Below, piece by piece: positions 58,176-64,000 of a DNA stretch of 64,000 bases. Position 1 is the stretch's first letter. Every line of letters begins with the position of its first letter. The notes beneath the pieces were generated by a model that was not told the origin of the DNA, searched no databases, and saw only the letters and a program-made list of their open reading frames with translations. This DNA is from Macrostomum lignano (Eukaryota), in NCBI GenBank assembly GCA_002269645.1, contig NIVC01003332.1, forward strand, positions 1-64,000, given 5' to 3'. The position numbers and the translations under genes are program-made.

Positions 58176-59169
58176 GTAAATGTAATTTTGTCTCCCAAGT
58201 AGCCTACCCTGACACGGCCGTAGTGGCGCCTGAGTGTATAAAAGTGCAATTGAAAGGCACAAGATTAAAAAAATGATTAATCCAAACACAGGTATCTACC
58301 GAAGCAATCTTAATAAAACCCGGTCCCATACGAGTTGAAGCACACTCTGGCTACGGCATCAGATATTCGCTAGTGAACAGTGAGTCTATATTATATCCGA
58401 CATTAAGCCTGACCATTTGACCGAATTAGCCGCATTAGCCACATGTACTGCACAACACCATCGCTTCAGACGAAAAGCCGCCCTATTTTCGAATCGACAA
58501 TTTCACCGGAGAAGTGTTTCAACTCCGACCAATTGAAGACCAAATTACTTTAATTGTAAAGGTAATTTTCTATGCTGAAACTGTGAAGGCTTGTAAAGGT
58601 GAATCAGTTTATCTAAGCGGTTTATCTTGAAGTCCTTGAGAGGTTTAGGCTGCTAAGGATGCGGCGGGTTTGACGTGAACAGTGGGAGACCAACGCCTGG
58701 TTGCTGCATCACGACAACAGCTTTTGGCTGAAGAACAAGTTGCGCAGCCTTATTTGATATTCTGGCTACATCCCAAGGTAAAGCAAGGTCTCAATTGATC
58801 CCAATTTGAAGACCTAGAAGACCTAATTATGGACAACGACAACGTGACAAGGATCTTGCGAGGCACCTCGACGTAGGGCTTCCAGGAGTGGCACCGAGTC
58901 CAGAGCTGGCACCAGCGATTGAGGCGCTGTGTTGGATGCGGCGGCAAGCACTTTGAAGGCTGCAGTTGACTAATAATTCATTTTCTTTCAATACCAGATC
59001 GTAGCAACTTTGTCTCTATACTTATTGGCCACACTTATATTCCACCTGCTCAATTTTATTACAGGCAATAAAATGGACGGACAGATTCGATCCTTATCTT
59101 GGCCAAGCCAGCTTTGCCCTGCTGCATGTTAGTGCTGAACTAGCAGCCAATGTAAGTTGTACAGGTGTT

Positions 59170-59780
59170 GGATGAAGGATTGCTAATCTAGCCAACATCA
59201 CTGATGAAGGAATAGAATGGATTGCTAATCTAGCCAACAATACTGATGAAGAAATAGAATGGATTGCTAATCTAGCCAGCATCACTGATGAAGGACTAGA
59301 ATGGATTGCTAATCTAGCCAGCATCACTGATGAAGGAATAGAATGGATTGCTAATCTAGCCAGCATCACTGATGAAGGAATAGAATGGATTGCTAATCTA
59401 GCCAGCATCACTGATGAAGGAATAGAATGGATTGCTAATCTAGCCAGCATCACTGATGAAGGAATAGAATGGATTGCTAATCTAGCCAGCATCACTGATG
59501 AAGGAATAGAATGGATTGCTAATCTAGCCAGCATCACTGATGAAGGAATAGAATGGATTGCTAATCTAGCCAACATCACTGATGAAGGAATAGAATGGAT
59601 TGCTAATCTAGCCAACATCACTGATGAAGGAATAGAATGGATTGCTAATCGAGCCAACATCACTGATAAAGGAATAGAATGGATTGCTAATCTAGCCAGC
59701 ATCACTGATGAAGGAATAGAATGGATTGCTAATCTAGCCAGCATCACTGATGAAGGAATAGAATTGATTGCTGATCTAGC
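59170..59780. repeat. 42-nt minisatellite (GGATTGCTAATCTAGCCAGCATCACTGATGAAGGAATAGAAT)n
   Basis: About 14 near-identical copies. Confidence 0.97.
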
Positions 59781-60917
59781 TTAGCATTGTGTATTAAGAA
59801 GGGACTTCAGTTTACATAAAGGATCTTCTTAACCGCCGATCCACAGAGCACGGAGCCCTCAGACAAGGTCGAGCCAAGAAGATGCTATCTCTGGTCAGTC
59901 ATGATAGCCGTAATCCCCATATCTTTACTTATTCTCACAGCAATTTTTGTCGCGTTTTACTGTTGTACGGCAAAAAGTGCCGGATGTACAGAATCGCATC
60001 CTAGAGACCAGGAGCAGCAGCAGCAGGAGCACAACAATGACAGCAACAGCGTCAACAGCAAAGGCCACAGGGTGACTGCTCTTGGCGCTGCAGCAGAATT
60101 CGATACAATCGCGAACACACAGCTGGAGCAGTCGACAGACTCTGTCAGGCACCAGCACTCCTCGTACAGCTCGGCTAGCTCGGATGGCAAAAGTTCTACC
60201 AGCATGTGAACTGTTTAGTTTGAATTCTAATTTCATGAAAATAAGACTAACAGAAAATGCACTGCACTGATAATTTTAGTCTGAAGACAAAATGATATTT
60301 ATTTAATCAACAAAATACTATGGAAAGTAAAAATGTGAGTAGACAAGTCGCTTTGATTAGGGACTTTCTAGAATGTGTTCTTCAGAATTCGGCCAATCGA
60401 CGAATGAAACTAACGTAGCGTCAAAGTTAACAAAATAAAGGATTGAAAAGGCAGTTACAGAAGCAAAAAGGCAGAAACGAATTTTTATTTCAACTCGATC
60501 ATAAAGCGAAACTGAAGGCAATTAAGGCCGGACACTTGAACTTATTTAATACGAAATTTTCAAACGAAAATTGCACACTTGCATGCGTTTATTTTTTGGC
60601 AGAAAAAGAAATAAACAAATGTTTGCCTTTCTACTAATAAGTAGTGCGATGAGGAAATATTAGTTGTTCTATTTTTAAAGTCACGTTTTTGGGCGAAAAA
60701 ATATAAGGAATTGATAACAATTCGACATGAGAAGCCGGGCGAGGGCAGCACCAGGAGTACAGGCTGTACTTACTGTACTAATAAGTAGTGTACCTTTATA
60801 TTCTGTTTAAAAACAAAACACATCAAAATGGTCCAAATCCCCCAGATCTTTACTATCCTTTCAAGAGGCCTTCAAGGCAAAACAGACGGTGTTAAATAAC
60901 CCGCATATGACAGCCAA

Positions 60918-63630
60918 TCAGCGATTGTTCCGATAAGCGGCGCCAGCAAGTAGGGCGGACACCACCACACTGCCGATGGCTCCCACCAGCCAGTACTTGT
61001 ACCGGCCAATAAACGAACCGGCATTCGAGGAGCCGCTTCTAGTTGAAGTTTCCATCGAACTCGGCGAATTGCTTGTCGAAGATGTCGCCGTGCCTGGCGA
61101 CTTGCCGACGCCCATCATTCGGCGATAGAGATCCTGACTGGCTGTCTGCTGCCTCCGGCACTCGATGGTGAGCTTGGCTACTTCGTTCTGAAGTGCCCGA
61201 GAGTCCGGCTCCTCACTCAATGCGGCTCGCATCGCCTGCAGAGCGGCGGCCGGTTCGCCTTTGCCGATGAGGCCGCGGCCTTTCCGGTACAGAGCCTTCG
61301 CGTTGCCAGCCTGACGGTGCGTGAATGCGGCGATGACTACTTTAAGTAGACTGATTTTCTTTTTTTGGGTGTATGGCTCCTATGCTATAGTTACCTCCCT
61401 ACTACCTGTGTGTCACTTCCCTACTACCTGTGTGTCAATGACCTGCCACTTCCCTACTACCTGTGTGTCAATGACCTGCCACTTCCCTACTACCTGTGTG
61501 TCAATGACCTGCCACTTCCCTACTACCTGTGTGTCAATGACCTGCCACTTCCCTACTACCTGTGTGTCAATGACCTGCCACTTCCCTACTACCTGTGTGT
61601 CAATGACCTGCCACTTCCCTAATACCTGTGTACTGGTCACATGCCCCTTCCCCACGGTTCTGGGAAAAAGGTGTAAAATCAAGCATCGCATTCACCTGCA
61701 ATCTCAAAGCTTTATCGCAGGATTCAATAGCGGCATTCCAGGCTTCCATTTTCAATTGGCAGGCGGCCAAATTGTTATAAACTCGAACTCGAGCATCCAT
61801 AGCGGTCTGTACGAGTTCGTTTGAGGCGCCGCTTAGATTAGCGGAGCAGCGCTGCTCAAGCATCGCGGCCGCTCTGGCATAGCAACACACCGCAGTGTAG
61901 GCTTCGTCACGATTAAACCAGAAATTTCCTCGCTCCCGCTTGGCATCGGCCATGACTAGCACGTTGTCAAGACTGACAGAGCCCAGGTCAAGCGGCTGGT
62001 CCACTTTTAACAGGTCTACAGTGAAAGTCAAGGTTGAATTGGGCGGTATCTCCGCGCCTAACCGGGTTGTGTAGGCGTGCTTGCTGCCGTAGGCGTGCTG
62101 AGGACCGCTGCGGATCTCGCACCGCTCGCCAAGCCCGACCAGCATCAGGGCGATGTCGAACGCCTGCAGAAAGTCGTAGTCGCCGATGGCTACGATCAGG
62201 CCGTCGAGTTTGTCAACAACTGGGCCATCCGGGCCGCCTAGGCGAGCTTCGTAATTCAATGTGACCCGACAGCCAGTCTTCGGTCTGGTCGATTCGTCGC
62301 CACCTTTCTCAATAGTTTTCTTTAATAGTTGGCCATTGCCAAGGATATCAATGTACTCTTCGTTCGCTGGCTTTGGCTCTGGCTCGACGGACTCAACAAT
62401 GCCTGATGACTGTATCTCACTTGATGTGGCCTCATCATTTTGCTCTAAATCTGCTTTTACCGGCTTGTTCAGCTCGGGAGTTGCTTCCGTTTCCGGCGCC
62501 GAGTCAGACGGTGCTCGTTTTATCAATTCGGGATTCGATTCGTTAAACAGCTGTTGCTGATTTCCCTGCTGTTCGGACTCGATAGTTGCAAGCATCTCTT
62601 GCACTGGGGCGTACGAACTTGCAGTCACTTTCTCATCCCCTTGTAGTTCTATCTCAGCCTCCGTGAAGTCATGTGCATGAGCCTCATCTACATGTGCTCG
62701 ATCCGACTCAGCCTCATCTACCTGAGCTCGATCCGACTCAGCCTCATCTACCTGAGCTCGATCTGACTCAGTCTCTTCTACCCGAGCTTCATCAGATCCA
62801 GCCTCATTCACCTGAGCTCCACCAGACTGAGCCTCAGCCACCTGATCTTCATCAGATCCAGCCTCAGCCACCTGGGCCTCATCAGATCCAGCCTCAGCAA
62901 CCTGATCTTCATCAGATCCAGCCTCATCCACCCGAGCTTCACCTGACTCAGCCTCAGCCACCTGAGCTTCATCAAATCCAGCCTCAGCCACCTGGGCTTG
63001 ATCAGATCCAGCCTCAGCCACCTGGGCCTCATCAGATCCAGCCTCAGAAACCTGAGCTTCATCAGATCCAGCCTCATCCAACCGAGCTTCACCTGACTCA
63101 GCAGCCTCATCCACCTGAGCTTCATCAAATTCAGCCTCATCCACCTGAGCTTCATCAGATCCAGCTCCATCCACCTGAGGTTTATCAGATTCAGCCTCAT
63201 CCACCTGAGCTTCATCAGATTCAGTCTCATCCACCCGAGCTTCATCAGATCCAGCTCCATCTACCGGAGGCTTATCAGATCCAGCCTCATCCACCCGAGC
63301 TTCATCAGATCCAGCTCCATCCACCTGAGGTTTATCAGACACAGCCACTTTACCTTCACCAACATCCAAGCCGACCTCAGCTTCATCTGGATTATCCATG
63401 CCAGCACTAGCAGCAGCTTCCCCAACTATTGGATTATCATCCCGCAACTCGAAGTTAGGCTTCTCAAATTCTAAAATCGAATTTCGATCGGAGTTCACGG
63501 CGGCCTCTTCAGACAAACCCGAATCCATAGGATTTCCATTGCCGTCTTCAGTAAGCGATTTGTCAACTAGAACTAACGAAGACGGCATTGAATCCTGAGC
63601 TGGAGTGGCGGCTTCAGTGTCTGCTGACAT
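60918..63630 (-). CDS. FKBP8: Peptidyl-prolyl isomerase FKBP8/FKBP38-like (FKBP + TPR + C-terminal TM anchor), 775 aa
   Basis: Exons 63630-61696 and 61310-60918, phase 0. Features: EEYIDILGNGQLLKK, an FKBP domain (HAYG...IPPNSTL), TPRs (KRERGNFWF, NNLAACQLK, NAKALYRKG), a TM segment WLVGAIGSVVVSALLAGAAY with a basic tail, and a long acidic repetitive N-terminus. Confidence 0.93.
61400..61630. repeat. 33-nt minisatellite (CCTACTACCTGTGTGTCAATGACCTGCCACTTC)n, FKBP8 intron
   Basis: Read directly. Confidence 0.95.
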
Positions 63631-63802
63631 GCTGTTTGCGCGAGAATTTGCTGACTGGCAGAAAGTGATTCCAATATATATGAGACTGCAAATCACTTTT
63701 TATTTACTCAGAATACAATAAATACCTTATAAATGACCCGATGAAAACGGTAACCCAGGCCAAGAAGCGTCTTAGAGTCTTAGAGAGCATTTTGCATTTA
63801 TA

Positions 63803-64000
63803 ACAACTCTACTTAATCTACTGGGGTTAGTAGAAAGTTACGGCTCGTAAGCGTTAACACAGCGACTCTTTTATGATTCTGCAACCCACGTGATGCGCTC
63901 GTGACTCGACAGTCGCCTCTTCGTCGCATTGCAGTCGTTTGGGTCGTTAAAAAGCCGCAAGAATCGGCCCAGAATCACTTGTGAGTTGTTTGCTACGACT
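63803..64000 (+). repeat. Dispersed repeat, copy 2 (homologous to 7319-7490)
   Basis: Same collinear blocks as copy 1. Runs to the window edge. Confidence 0.8.

Larger units (their letters stand above)
54282..60209 (+). pseudogene. Short cadherin-related single-pass membrane protein gene with two in-frame stops in the best model
   Basis: Exons 54282-54351 (signal peptide), 54883-54975, 55197-55447 (GIDRE), 56109-56213, 56295-56408 (DVNDKAPQF), 56937-57155 (DADAGPNAQV), 57458-57628, 58292-58379, 58470-58561 (FRIDNFTGEV), 58649-58777 and 59847-60209 (TM and tail). Phases are compatible (1695 nt), but TAG 57476-78 and TGA 58676-78 are in frame. Cadherin identity is strong, pseudogene status uncertain. 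Confidence 0.65.

Noticed and set aside
63631-63696. N-terminal extension MICSLIYIGITF of the FKBP8 ORF
   Set aside because: Begins at a non-ATG codon in AT-rich sequence. The first in-frame ATG is at 63630.

Overview
Eukaryotic animal genomic DNA with GC-rich exons and AT-rich or minisatellite-filled introns. The style suggests a free-living flatworm such as Macrostomum, but that is inference. By following splice phases by hand I reconstruct nine protein-coding genes. On the + strand: a diacylglycerol lipase (DAGL), DALRD3, an uncharacterised MYND-finger protein, MRPS16, MNAT1, a CCDC154-like coiled-coil gene and a short cadherin-related gene with two in-frame stops. On the - strand: a 14-exon TRPM channel (1257 aa) and FKBP8. 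Mobile DNA comprises a decayed DIRS-type retroelement, a near-intact mariner with one frameshift, tRNA-derived SINE copies with different tails, and small inverted-repeat elements. Most long introns hold their own tandem array, and these arrays generate most of the long ORFs in the track, which are spurious. The strongest leads are the MYND gene of a family I recall mainly from fungi, a possible trans-spliced operon, intronic arrays built from YAG-G-GTGAGA splice-site-like units, an 18-nt MNAT1 microexon, a heptapeptide repeat inside the DAGL catalytic domain, and paired RFX X-boxes between the divergent TRPM and CCDC154-like genes.
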